Assembly (NCBI GenBank): GCA_032718475.1 | Contig: JAUCBJ010008354.1 | Span: 125,041 to 189,040, forward strand | Reading direction: 5' to 3' | DNA from: Nemertoderma westbladi | Lineage: Eukaryota > Animalia > Xenacoelomorpha | DNA length: 64,000 nt | Shown: one piece after another, positions 1 to 10,434 of the stretch | Position numbering within the stretch: the stretch's first letter is position 1 | Layout of the letters: every line of letters starts with the position of its first letter | The notes under the pieces: model-generated | Database searches by the model: none | What the model was told of the DNA's origin: nothing | Seen by the model: only the letters and a program-made list of their open reading frames with translations | Program-made: the position numbers and the translations under genes

Positions 1-3
1 ATA

Positions 4-1105
4 CTACCCGTGGTGCCGTTCCCGGTTCATCGCCCAACCTGATGGTGCTCCCCGCGAAATCCATCGCCAGCTCTCATGCACCCAGGCCCGCTTGCCGGGT
101 CTATCCCAGAAGGCCCTCGCCCCGCTGGCCATCACCACTCTCCCGCCAACCCAGTCTGTGTCCGAGTGGCCGATTCTCCCGATGGGCGGCATCTCTCCGA
201 ACTCATCGTCATCCTCGTCCTCCTCTGGGAGTGGCTCCAAACCCGGATCCAGTGGATCCACTGTGTCCCTTCCCACCTTGGCTCTCGCCCGTGACTCTCC
301 ATCCTTCCAGTTCCCCTGGCATTCTCTCCACGAAATCGCCCTCGGCGCCCGCTGGTATGGGCGTCGTCCTCAATCCCGATGTCGACTGTTTCGGTGATCC
401 TACCGTCCACCCCAATTCTCGCCCTAGAGACTCGCCCGAACTCCCTGATGTCAAGTGTAGATCGTCCAAGGCTGCCTGTTCCTCGAACCCATAGCCCTCT
501 CCTCTAGCTTCCGCCTCCCTTTCTTCTGCCTCCCTCCTTTCTCGTCTAGCGATTTCTTCCAATCGCTTTGCCTCTCGTCTATCCGCCTCTCGCTGCTCCC
601 ACCTCTGATATGGCGTATCAACCTCCCTGTCTACTAGATATCGCAGTTATAATATACCGACTCGCCCTTCAGCCCCGGGTGGTCTACCAGACCCCCGAAA
701 GCCACTTTGAAGGCTCTTCTGTAGTTCAGGGGTGATCCCGATAGCAGAAATGCCGTTGGCTCTCTCTCGATAACCACGGTCATGAATAGGTTTAGCAAAC
801 CTATCATTATCCAGTCCTCCTGCAGGATATATTGCTTCTGATATATCTTTTTCGCTCCTCTCTGGAATTGATGCACCTCCAGCATCCCCACATGCATCCC
901 CACTTCAGCGAGTTCGCCAACTCCGCTCCATACTCCTCCCTGAATTTGCCCCAGTCTATTGTCTTGTGGCATACGAGCCCCATTAACTGGCCCATCGCCA
1001 CCGCTCCACAATGACCCGTGTTCTCTACTAGTCCCAACCCAGCTGGCGCTGTCATAGCCATGTAGACCGTTTGCATGTCCAGGAGGTTGGGGGTCTCCGG
1101 ACCAA
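4..1105 (-). pseudogene. Degraded, frameshifted GC-rich coding region of unknown function; weak OTU-like cysteine protease resemblance, then a charged coiled-coil and an acidic tail
   Basis: ORFs 807-1076, 634-1011, 209-562 and 4-276 join into one protein-like reading across small frameshifts (NTGHCGAVAMGQLM...GMLEVHQF...YYNCD / LVDREVDTPYQRWEQREADRREAKRLEEIARRERRE...PEEDEDDDEF). Confidence 0.35.
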
Positions 1106-1109
1106 TGAT

Positions 1110-1130
1110 CCTCTCTCTCTCTCTCTCTCT
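1110..1130. repeat. (CT)n microsatellite
   Basis: About 10 CT units. Confidence 0.9.
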
Positions 1131-1494
1131 AAAGTGCCAAATTTCCTAAATTCCATAATTTTGTCAGTTACTTTAATTATGTTCTAGAATATCCTGCCTA
1201 CTGTTACCATAATTTGTTTAATTTTGATTTTAATATTTATTTTGATCCTACAACTGTGCTATCAGTATCTATTAATGGATTATTTATTCTCTTAATCCAT
1301 ATTCTGGCCTATTCTGCAGTACAGTAGTATGTCCCGTGTGGCCTACACGATCTGTGCTGCTGTCCCCACGTGCCCCCCTCTCACTACTCACTACTAACTC
1401 TACTAACTTTCTAGCTAATTTCTACTAACTCTTACTGACTCTTACTACATACTACGTACCCTCCTACTACCAACTCTTGCTACTAACAGTACTA

Positions 1495-1814
1495 CACGTA
1501 CCCTCTTACTGACTCTTACTAACGGTACTACGTACCCTCTTACTAACTAACTCCACTAACTCTTACTAACGGTACTACGTACCCTCTTACTAACTAACTG
1601 CACTAACTCTTACTAACGGTACTACATACCCTCTTACTAACTAACTCCACTAACTCTTACTAACGTTACTACATACCCTCTTACTAACTAACTCCACTAA
1701 CCCTTACTAACGGTACTACGTACCCTCTTACTAACTAACTCCACTAACTCTTACTAACGGTACTACGTACCCTCTTACTAACTAACTCCACTAACTCTTA
1801 CTAATGGTACTACG
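1495..1814. repeat. 47-bp minisatellite, about 6-7 copies, with degenerate units from about 1380
   Basis: Head-to-tail repeats of TAACTAACTCCACTAACTCTTACTAACGGTACTACGTACCCTCTTAC. Confidence 0.9.
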
Positions 1815-1961
1815 AGTAGTAGAGGAAGAGGTGACCCCATCATACTCCTCCCTAGCTTGGGCTATGGGCTATATCTCGGAGGACTATTAAAAATGCCAAA
1901 TTCCAGTGCTAAATTGTGGTGTTTAATTGACCATCTGCCACCATCAGTATTGATTCGCGTC

Positions 1962-2102
1962 GTTGCCATCAACCAATCGTTGAATATTCACCTACGCGTA
2001 GCCTAACCACGCGATGCCTGCCTTACTCCGCCATATGTCACCATCGGCAGTTGCCATCAACCAATCGTAGCGTAGCCTAACCTCGCGATGCCCGCCTTAC
2101 TC
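1962..2102. repeat. Imperfect direct duplication containing CCAAT
   Basis: GTTGCCATCAACCAATCGT and GCGTAGCCTAACC(A/T)CGCGATGCC(T/C)GCCTTACTC each occur twice. Confidence 0.7.
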
Positions 2103-2575
2103 GACTGACTGACTAACCCTAATGTTATTCACCTTTTCGCCACGTTACCACCACTGCCACGTTACCACCACCACTGTATACTGTATATGGTGACGACGTG
2201 GCCATCTACACGCATCACGCATATATTATATTATATTGATTGCCAACTCCACGACTGCTGTCGCCAAATCAACAAACCAACCAGTATGATACATGAAATT
2301 CCGTCACGTTCCAGCTACGCGTATACGAGCATTAGTGATTATTATTATTATTATTACGCAGAACCAAATAATTTTTGTTTATACAGTAGTTCCCTACCGG
2401 CTAATCAACCAATCAATAAACCGAATTTAGGCTATTTCTCAGTTTAAGACCTGTATTATTTTTGAAAATATCTTATATATAATCTCTTGCTTTAATCACA
2501 ATTAATCATTTGTAATGGTTTTAGTTTAAAAGTTTTTACTTTGTTTGTTTGATTTACAATAAAATAAATTAAATA

Positions 2576-3019
2576 ATGTCTTCTGATTCCGATATGGTTA
2601 TGCCAATAGTAAGGCATTCATTTTTTGCAGAAGATGGTGAAGCCTATATTGTTATTGATTATACAATTTACCGTCGGGGAGATGATAAATATAAAATTGA
2701 GTTTTCTGAAAAAGCCAGGAAAGTTTTAAGCTCAATTGATATTGATGCTTCTGATAATAGTATTCATCTCTTAGATTACAACCTGAAAGTTGAGCATGAG
2801 GGAAAATTAATCAACATCTTACTATTATCCATGATAGAGGGGTTAATTGTTATTACACAATACAACGAAGCTGGTGAAAAGTTTGAAATACGGCTAAATC
2901 GGCATAGCCCCTACGAAATTATGTCTTTCTTTATTGTAATGATTTCAAAAGAATCCTTTGTCGAACCTGAAGAATCAACAGATAATGTTGAATATGTTGA
3001 TAATATCATTGATTCTTGA
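2576..3019 (+). CDS. Hypothetical protein, 147 aa, probable Polinton accessory gene
   Basis: Intact ATG ORF on the same strand and with similar composition to neighbouring Polinton genes; no recognised motif. Confidence 0.5.
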   Translation: MSSDSDMVMPIVRHSFFAEDGEAYIVIDYTIYRRGDDKYKIEFSEKARKVLSSIDIDASDNSIHLLDYNLKVEHEGKLINILLLSMIEGLIVITQYNEAGEKFEIRLNRHSPYEIMSFFIVMISKESFVEPEESTDNVEYVDNIIDS

Positions 3020-3204
3020 CTTTTCCCTCTATATTATAAATATTTTATGATTATTTATAAAATTTTGATGTTTTTAATTATGAAAAAAAACATCAAATTT
3101 TAAATAATCGAAAATTGTAGTAGTAATTGCATATACAGTATAACAGATTTGTTTGTTGTTGTGTATTGAGGTAATTATTTTCAATTTACTTTAAAATTTG
3201 GAAA

Positions 3205-3654
3205 ATGGATATTTTAAATGAAAAATGTCCAGTTTGCTATTCTAAGTTATTGCAACATCGAGATTATTATAAATGTGAAAATAAACATGCAACTTGCGTA
3301 CAATGTATTGTACAATATTCCGAAATGAATAATTATTGTTCTAAAATTTGTCCTATTTGTCACGCACCCATATCTAAATTTAATATAAAGTTGGCAAGAT
3401 ACCAACCCAATTATTGGAAAGAGCTTTGCAATATAACTTATATTTCTGCGGAAAGTAATGATCCGGGAGATTTATTTACAATATTGGAGAATATTTTTTA
3501 TAGAAATGTCGTACGACGGTGTTGCTACTATATTCCTTATTTTTTTAGCAGCGAACATAAAAAAATCATTAGCGCGAAATTCTCGGGAAGTGATTTCCAA
3601 ACCGCCGATGTTACCTATCATCATTTCGCGTATAAAGACGCTCACCATGCTTGA
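3205..3654 (+). CDS. RING-finger (C3HC4-type) protein, putative E3 ligase
   Basis: CPVC-x12-CENKHATCVQC-x14-CPIC pattern. Confidence 0.7.
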   Translation: MDILNEKCPVCYSKLLQHRDYYKCENKHATCVQCIVQYSEMNNYCSKICPICHAPISKFNIKLARYQPNYWKELCNITYISAESNDPGDLFTILENIFYRNVVRRCCYYIPYFFSSEHKKIISAKFSGSDFQTADVTYHHFAYKDAHHA

Positions 3655-3866
3655 AAATGAGTCTATACTATAATTGGAAATAACACCTTTTGTTGCAGCG
3701 AGCGTCACATACTGTAGTTGTGTCATATGTTAATTAAATATACAGTACTCTAATATTGTAGTTGCATCAATTATTGTTATATACATAGTAATGGTGATGG
3801 TTTATTGATATTGATATTTATATTATATTATATTGTATTGTTGATATATCTTAATAATAATAATAA

Positions 3867-4549
3867 ATGGCTGACTTTAATTCAGGTCCATATAATTTAA
3901 ACTTTCAAATGGGAACGAGTATGATAATTTCTGGCCCATCTGGTTCTGGAAAGTCAACATTTTTGTTAGCAATTTAATTAAATACAAGAATGGTTGTTTC
4001 AAAGAAGCCCCCTTGCGAGTATTGTATTGTTACGGGAGCAATCCCCCAACTATTCCTGGTATTACTCACCTTTACAAAGGTTTGCCAGAAAATATAGATA
4101 GTTTAGTGAATAGTCGAGATTTATTAATTATAGATGATTTATTAACAGAAACTGAGTCCAGTACAGCTTTAACTGTATTGTTTACTAAGGTAGCTCATCA
4201 TTCCAATATATTTATTTGTTTTATAACGCAAAACATGTTTTACGGTGGGAAGCATAACCGCACAAGATCAATTAATAGCCATGCTTTAGTATTAATGAAA
4301 AATCCGCGAGACAGTTTATTGGTTTTAAATTTCGCGAAGCAGATGTTACCAGGGCAGACCAAATTTTTAGTAGATTCCTATCAAGATGCGACTATTGAAC
4401 CATTTTCACATTTCTTAATTGATTTACGACAGGAAACACCCGAACATTTAAGATTTAGATCGGATATATTTCGTAATCATAATTTTTACATTAAAAATTA
4501 CATTGACTATAAACGTAGCGAAAATAATAATAATAATAATAATAAATAA
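3867..4549 (+). pseudogene. Polinton A32/FtsK-like packaging ATPase with one frameshift
   Basis: ATG 3867 gives MIISGPSGSGKST (Walker A). A frame change in the T run at 3960-3964 leads into LLIIDDL (Walker B), HHSNI..FITQN, RTRSIN..LVLMKNPRD and LIDLRQETPEHLRFRS. Confidence 0.88.
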
Positions 4550-4586
4550 TTAATATTTTGTAACAATTTTCAATAATGTTGCAACA

Positions 4587-4970
4587 ATGAATAGACTTGT
4601 GCAGAAATATCGTAACGAACTGGAATTTCTAGGCAGCGCTACCCCTCAACAAAGAACTTATTTTATTAACCATACCGCGAGTAACGAATTAATACGGCTC
4701 ATTGTAAATACTGCATTAAATGTTCTAAAAGGTAACGTACAATTGTCTCCTCATTCATTTAGAAATATTCGCCACTATAAAAAGGTATTGAAATCACTCA
4801 ACCGTAAAACAAAAAATATATCAAGTTACAGAAAAAAGTTAAACAATCAATCTGGATGCATACTACCGTTTCTAATACCCTTACTCGGCATTGGTGCGAA
4901 ACTCGCCGCGAGTGCCGGTGCCGCTGCCGCTGGAGCGGCTATTGCGAAAAAAATTAACCGCGGACGGTAA
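4587..4970 (+). CDS. Polinton PW protein (basic protein with C-terminal amphipathic peptide)
   Basis: ALNVLKGNVQLS...YKKVLKSL...QSGCILPFLIPLLG matches the PW pattern (LNxLxGNVPL...QxGGFLP) and lies after the ATPase. Confidence 0.75.
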   Translation: MNRLVQKYRNELEFLGSATPQQRTYFINHTASNELIRLIVNTALNVLKGNVQLSPHSFRNIRHYKKVLKSLNRKTKNISSYRKKLNNQSGCILPFLIPLLGIGAKLAASAGAAAAGAAIAKKINRGR

Positions 4971-4972
4971 TA

Positions 4973-5143
4973 ATGGTTAAAACAGGAGTAACATTTAGAA
5001 AATTATATTTAGTATCGAGTAAACCGTTAGCTACTGATTTAAAACCTCAAGATATACCTAGAGTAAATACTACAAAAAGAAAACCCTTTAAAACATCAAC
5101 TTCAAAGAAAATAATAAAAAAATTTCAGTTGTTTTTACGGTGA
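4973..5143 (+). CDS. Short basic ORF (56 aa), possible truncated PZ-position gene
   Basis: MVKTGVTFRKLYLVSSKP...; starts 3 nt after the PW stop and fills the PW-integrase gap. Confidence 0.3.
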   Translation: MVKTGVTFRKLYLVSSKPLATDLKPQDIPRVNTTKRKPFKTSTSKKIIKKFQLFLR

Positions 5144-5194
5144 TGCCCTTTATAAGAGATTTGAATATACATATTACTTGCGGTTGTCGAAAAG

Positions 5195-6243
5195 ATGCCA
5201 CGCAAGATGAAACCGATTTTAAGCCGAAGCTTAGACAAAAAACTGTTAAGAATTTATTTAGATCCTTCATCCCCTGCGGGATTTGCAAGTATCGCAAAAT
5301 TAGCAAAAGCTGCAAACATCAAACCAGCTCAAGCCCAGAAATGGTTGAGCGAGCAAAAGACATACTCCCTTCACGCACCACGTAGACATCATTATCCGTC
5401 AACTAAAATATTTACGGGAGGCTTAAAAGATATATATATGATAGATCTGGTGGATATGCAGCAATATAAATCGCAAAATAATAATTATAACTATATATTA
5501 ACATGTATTGATGCCTTTAGCCGGCTTGCTTTTGCCTATGGTATGAAAACAAAAAAGGGTATTGAAATTATTAGTATATTGCAAAAAATATTCCAGAAAG
5601 GAAAACCAAACAGAATCGCAACCGATCAAGGGTCTGAGTTTCTAAATAAATCTGTAAGGAAATATTTAGATACTATTGGTATAAAGTATTATGTAATGTA
5701 TTCTGTGAATAAGGCGGCTATATATGTTATATGTATATATGATATAATGTTTGGATAAAAATTTTACCGAAGCTCATTTATGCTTATAATAGGTCATATC
5801 ATAGGACAATAAAAATGACACCCATTGAAGTTAATAAATTTAATGAAACTGAATTAATGAATAGATTATATGGGAAATATAGACAGATTAATCACAAGAA
5901 AATAAAATTTAAAGTTGGAGATACAGTACGATTATCTATCGCTCGTACTGCTTTTGCTAAAGGCTATCGAGAACAATGGACACGCGAATTATTTATTATT
6001 CATCGGGTTAGATTGGATAGAGTACCAGCGGTAATGTTCGATATTAAGGACAGCGCTGGAGCTATAATAAATGGCTCATTTTATTCATACGAACTCCAAA
6101 AGGTCCACCCGAATAGTAATATTTATCTCCCGATTGATAAAAATATTGGCAAACTTAAAGAACGTGTACGCAATGGGAAAAAAGAATATTTAGTCCGATT
6201 CATCGGATCCAAGAAACAGTCGTGGGTACAGCATATTCAATAA
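5195..6243 (+). pseudogene. Polinton retroviral-like integrase with C-terminal chromodomain-like region; catalytic Glu segment lost
   Basis: YLDPSSPAGF, WLSEQKTYSLH, IDLVDM, IDAFSR, TDQGSEF, KAAI, then AT-rich filler instead of ERFNRT, then WIKILPKLIYAYNRSYHRTIKMTP, FKVGDTVR, FAKGY, GSFYSYELQ, EYLVRFIG..SWV. Confidence 0.9.
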
Positions 6244-6529
6244 GTTTAGGTTTATACTGTATATTAATTCATTTTGGGCACATATGTCCGTAATTAATTA
6301 ATCAATCAATCAATCAATATTAACTCGAATGATATTACTATACTATAGTTCATTCGCTTTAAATAAAGCCAGTAAAATATTGATCCCTCGCATATACTGT
6401 AGAAGCGCATATACTGTAGAAGCGGGGGGAATGAACGTGGTCACAGATGTCTATAATTTAACATTATACCGGACTGTACTGTACTGTATGTACAAAGGAG
6501 TCAAGTAGAGAGCTTAAATAATAATAATA

Positions 6530-7408
6530 ATGGCTGTAGATACATATATCACTCTACTTTCAGATAGCTCATTAAACACTTACCCCAATAATAACCCTAG
6601 TGAGTTTACTGTTGATTTAGCCGAAGAATTATATATTGGTCCAAACGCTAAAATTGGACTCGCGGAGATACAATATCAAGCAACATACAGTAATATTACT
6701 CTGCAAACTCAAATCTCGCTGTCAATCGGGGTAGATGCAAAAGATGCCAAATTATTCAGTTTATTTCCTGGTATGCATAGCTCTATTCAAGTCATTATTG
6801 ATGATATAAATAAACTGTTTAATTCTGAAGCGAAATATAGAGATTTCGAATTCATTTTTAATACAAATAATTCTAGAATTAAATTTAAATTTCCTAAAAA
6901 GTTGAAAAAAATACAATTAAGTCTACGTGGTGATTTAATTCAAATTCTAGGCTTAAAACCGTTATTGGATCAGAATCATCCGGGTATTCCGAATTGGGAT
7001 ATATACAGTACCACTACAGTGGATGAATTAAGCAATATAGAACAGCTGATATTAATTTTAAATTATAGTGGACCAAAAATTTCGGAAATTGGGATTTTAG
7101 ATTTTCCAGCTCCCACGAATATTACTCGTAATAAAGACACTATCTTCATATATACAGATATTATTAAGAGCTCATTTGTTGGCGACGCTTTAGCTCCGCT
7201 CTTAAGAACCTGTCCTTTAACACAATTATATCGAAAATATATTAATCACGAATACGAGAGCATTTGCTATTACCCGTTGTTGAATAAAAAACTAAAAACA
7301 ATCTTAATTACTTTACGTGACGGCCAAGGCGAATTAATTAATTTTAACGGTGGTCGCACTGTTATAACACTTAAGTTAATACGTGGTGGTGGTGGTGGTG
7401 ATGGATGA
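6530..7408 (+). CDS. Polinton minor capsid protein (penton/PX)
   Basis: YITLLSDSS..YPNNNPSEFTVDL...IGLAEIQY at the N-terminus; IFIYTDII..SFVGD..APLLR...YYPL...ITLRDGQGELINF..G at the C-terminus. Confidence 0.85.
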   Translation: MAVDTYITLLSDSSLNTYPNNNPSEFTVDLAEELYIGPNAKIGLAEIQYQATYSNITLQTQISLSIGVDAKDAKLFSLFPGMHSSIQVIIDDINKLFNSEAKYRDFEFIFNTNNSRIKFKFPKKLKKIQLSLRGDLIQILGLKPLLDQNHPGIPNWDIYSTTTVDELSNIEQLILILNYSGPKISEIGILDFPAPTNITRNKDTIFIYTDIIKSSFVGDALAPLLRTCPLTQLYRKYINHEYESICYYPLLNKKLKTILITLRDGQGELINFNGGRTVITLKLIRGGGGGDG

Positions 7409-7487
7409 GCTCTACGTTAGACTACCAAGTAACTCCTGTCCAATTGATTTTCCTCGTAATAATGGTAGTAATTATCAGATCAATTTC
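7401..7487 (+). pseudogene. N-terminus of a second minor-capsid-like gene, truncated by the LINE
   Basis: MDELYVRLPSNSCPIDFPRNNGSNYQINF parallels the penton N-terminal motif; it overlaps the stop of the first penton gene. Confidence 0.6.
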
Positions 7488-7609
7488 CATGGCAACAACC
7501 GACGATCCATTTTGAAGCTGTAGGCCTGCCGACAATAAGACCAAGAAAGATACTGGTACTAGGCCTATACAGTTTTTATCCCTGAGTCAGACTACAGCCA
7601 GACAGCACA

Positions 7610-9120
7610 ATGTCCCCGCTCTTAATCTCCACAGTTCTCATCGTTCTGGGTCGTTTCGTTGTGGCAGAACCATCCGATCCGCGGGGTAACCCTGCAACCC
7701 ACCCAATACCCGTATTGGACTGGTTTGCGGAACACCCTGTCGCTACCGTTTCGAACTGCCGCGCCGAATCGACGGAGATGTGGTCGACGAGTGGATTTAG
7801 CCTCTACTGCTCTCGTCGGGGAAGAAGATCTTGGGTCTCCTCTCCACGATCTAGAGGCCTAATCGCTAAACTCTGTCTACTGTCTCTGGCTGGGGATATT
7901 GAGACCAACCCAGGACCCAGCAGGACGCGGGCCCCGAAGATCAACTGTCCCGTCTGTCAACGAGGAACAAACTCTCGGAGTAAGATCGTCCAATGCGAGA
8001 GTTGTGACACATTTGTACATTTAAAATGTTACCGTAGGAAACGCAGTAATTTATTCTCCACCAGAAACAATATTGAACCAAGTTTTCTCTGCAATAGCTG
8101 TATTTTTACCGAACTTCCCTTTCATGATACAATTTTAGAATCAGAAACCGACGATTCATTTCTCACATCGCCTCTGCAAACTCCAAGTGATGCTGAGAGT
8201 GAAACTTTTAATTTTTTTAAGAAAAAAGGTCTGCATTTTTTGCACTTAAATGCACGATCTCTGCTTCCAAAACTTTCCGAAATTCGTATTTTAATCAATA
8301 AATCCAACCCAGCAGTTTTAACAATCTCTGAAACTTGGCTCGATGATAGTGTTTCTGATGGAGAAATTTATATTGATAATTACGTAGTTTTACGTAAGGA
8401 TAGGGACAGACACGGTGGTGGTGTCTGTACTTACATTCGATGTGATTTAGCTTTTAATCGTAGGGAAGATTTAGAGACTTGTGACGAAGTTTTACTGGTG
8501 GAACTTTTACTTCCTAAAACTAAACCTATTTTAATCGGTACTTTATATCGGCCCCCTAAACAATCAGATTTTTTGCAAAATTTTGAAAATACAATTTTAT
8601 GTAATCTTAGGTCAGACTGTGAAATATATTTCTTAGGTGATTTTAATATCTGTTACCATCACAAAGCATCCCCCATCTGTAAACAGTACCAAAGTATTTT
8701 AAATTTGTTTGGTTTAAAACAAATTATCGAGATTCTACCAGAATTACCAGTAAAACTTCTACTTTACTAGATCACATCCTTTGTAATAATACCGATATTA
8801 TTTCTCAATCTGGGGTTTTACCTATAGGTCTAAGCGATCATTTTATAGTTTTTTGCACAAGAAAGACACAAAAATCTTTTTTCGGGGATCATAAAACAGT
8901 AACAGTTAGGTCTATGAAAAATTACAGCAAGGAACGCTTTTTAAGTTTGTTAGTTAATTCTGACTGGGAACCCTGTTTTAAGGCCGCTGACATTGACCTT
9001 GCGTACACTGTTTTTAAAGATATATTTTTAACGGCACTTAATACTGTAGCACCAATTAAAGAAATTCGTCTTAAACAACGCACTGAGCCCTGGATGACCT
9101 CGGGTATTCTTAGTAATATC
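7610..9120 (+). pseudogene. LINE ORF: 2A-like peptide, PHD finger, APE endonuclease; frameshift near 8730
   Basis: LLSLAGDIETNPGP; CPVC..CESCDTFVHLKC..CNSC; HLNARSL, ISETWL, RDRHGGGV, YRPP, LGDFN; in the shifted frame TRIT..TLLDHI, LSDH, PWMT. Confidence 0.9.
7895..7918 (+). other. 2A-like StopGo motif DIETNPGP
   Basis: Fits D(V/I)ExNPGP and is preceded by a Leu-rich tract. Confidence 0.85.
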
Positions 9121-10356
9121 TGTTCGCGCTTTCAGACCTTTGGCAGTTTAACCCGCCAAATTAGGATGTCTTCTAGATAATCAATCGCTTTTAGCCTCTG
9201 ACAAGTATTTGATTCACTACACTAGTCGAAACCAATCTGTGCGCGATCATTCACCCGCTGGATATACCCGGGAGATTGGGTTCGACGGCTTAATCTTATT
9301 GCTATGTAAGCCTAATGTATTATTCGACTGACAGTATTATATAATCTCTGACAATATTATTCACCTTCGGGGAATATTAACAGTTCCTTTAGGACGTGGC
9401 GCTCTATCTATATAAACAGAGTTATGACTTAAACTACTCACAACGATATGGCTTAGTTATAATTCACATATATGGCGCATTCTTTAGGAAATGCTTCGTT
9501 ATCAGTCTCACTCATACACAATGCTGCACAATACTGCACACTAATCTGCCGATCTTCACTGATTTTAGTCACATATAAAAGGAACACAGACCGACTCATG
9601 TAGGGTCTATCAAATAACATTAGATTCACTTCAAACCACTTTAACATAAGTCACAATCGTTATATGTAACCTGTCTCTCTTACCTTCTGTATATCAAGAA
9701 TATTGGGTTTTCGGGGTTATTTATCGTTATTCCAAATATAATAATTCATCAACCATATTATGAAGAACCGACAGTAAATAGCAGTATAACAATATAAAAG
9801 TATGCACAGGTATATTAGATTAGGTATGTTGCGTTGATTGAGTATGGGCCAGTTAACCAGTGTGGTTGGTTGGTTTGTTTGATAACGGATATATGTCCTT
9901 ATAATTAAGCCTACTAGTGTTAGGCTAAAACAGAAAAGCACAAAATATTCCAAAGCCGCTCTCTCCTGGCTCAGGACAGAATGTAAACACTGCCCATAAA
10001 TGCATTGCGTGATTTCTAGGAAATTTCTGTACAAGAGCCATAAAAATGCTCTGATTGGCTGACTGAACTGAGAGACGCCGTAGAACAAAGAAAATCGACA
10101 CGTATGAATATCAGCTGTTAACCGTCGTCATAGTAACTACTGTTCAAGAGTAGCTATCACCTTTTGCGTCACGGAATTGCCATAGAATCATCAACTATGC
10201 CTTCCACAGTACACATACGGAGGAAATAGCTCTTAGATCCTCTAAAAAACACCGATACAGCAATAATACGGTCTCTTACACCTATTAAATCAACTACAGA
10301 GTATTTTAATGTAAAAATAATAAAAATAACGGGGCAATTCAGCAAAGGCTTTTACA
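9121..10356 (-). repeat. 3' LTR of copy 1
   Basis: Direct repeat of 24538-25773 (offset 15417); short purine tract GGGAGCGG at 10357-10364 on the element strand. Confidence 0.97.
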
Positions 10357-10434
10357 CCGCTCCCAGAAAATGGGATTTTCAGTCTATAAAATATAAAAAT
10401 CACAGTTTCTAAAACCTAAAGATACTCTAAACAG

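Larger units (their letters stand above)
2576..7487 (+). mobile_element. Polinton/Maverick (adintovirus-like) internal segment, decayed; left boundary undefined, right part displaced by the nested insertions
   Basis: Compact AT-rich intronless genes in the Polinton order ATPase-PW-integrase-minor capsid. No pPolB, major capsid or adenain gene seen in the window. Confidence 0.88.
7488..9120 (+). mobile_element. CR1/L2-group LINE, fragment 1 (5' end to pre-RT linker); 5' boundary approximate
   Basis: Coding motifs listed in the next feature; reading resumes at 25779 after the ATATC target duplication. Confidence 0.88.

Noticed and set aside
1495-1814. CRISPR array
   Set aside because: No unique spacers, no cas genes, eukaryotic context.
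1110-1830. Polinton terminus at the (CT)n tract or at AGTAGT near 1816
   Set aside because: No partner TIR or 6-bp TSD in the window, so it cannot be established.
3955-3970. Programmed frameshift in the ATPase
   Set aside because: Only a 5-T run; decay or homopolymer error is simpler.
9396-10088. Short ORFs inside LTRs, repeated in each copy
   Set aside because: They recur only because the LTRs repeat, have no motifs, and are not shared between LTR types A and B.
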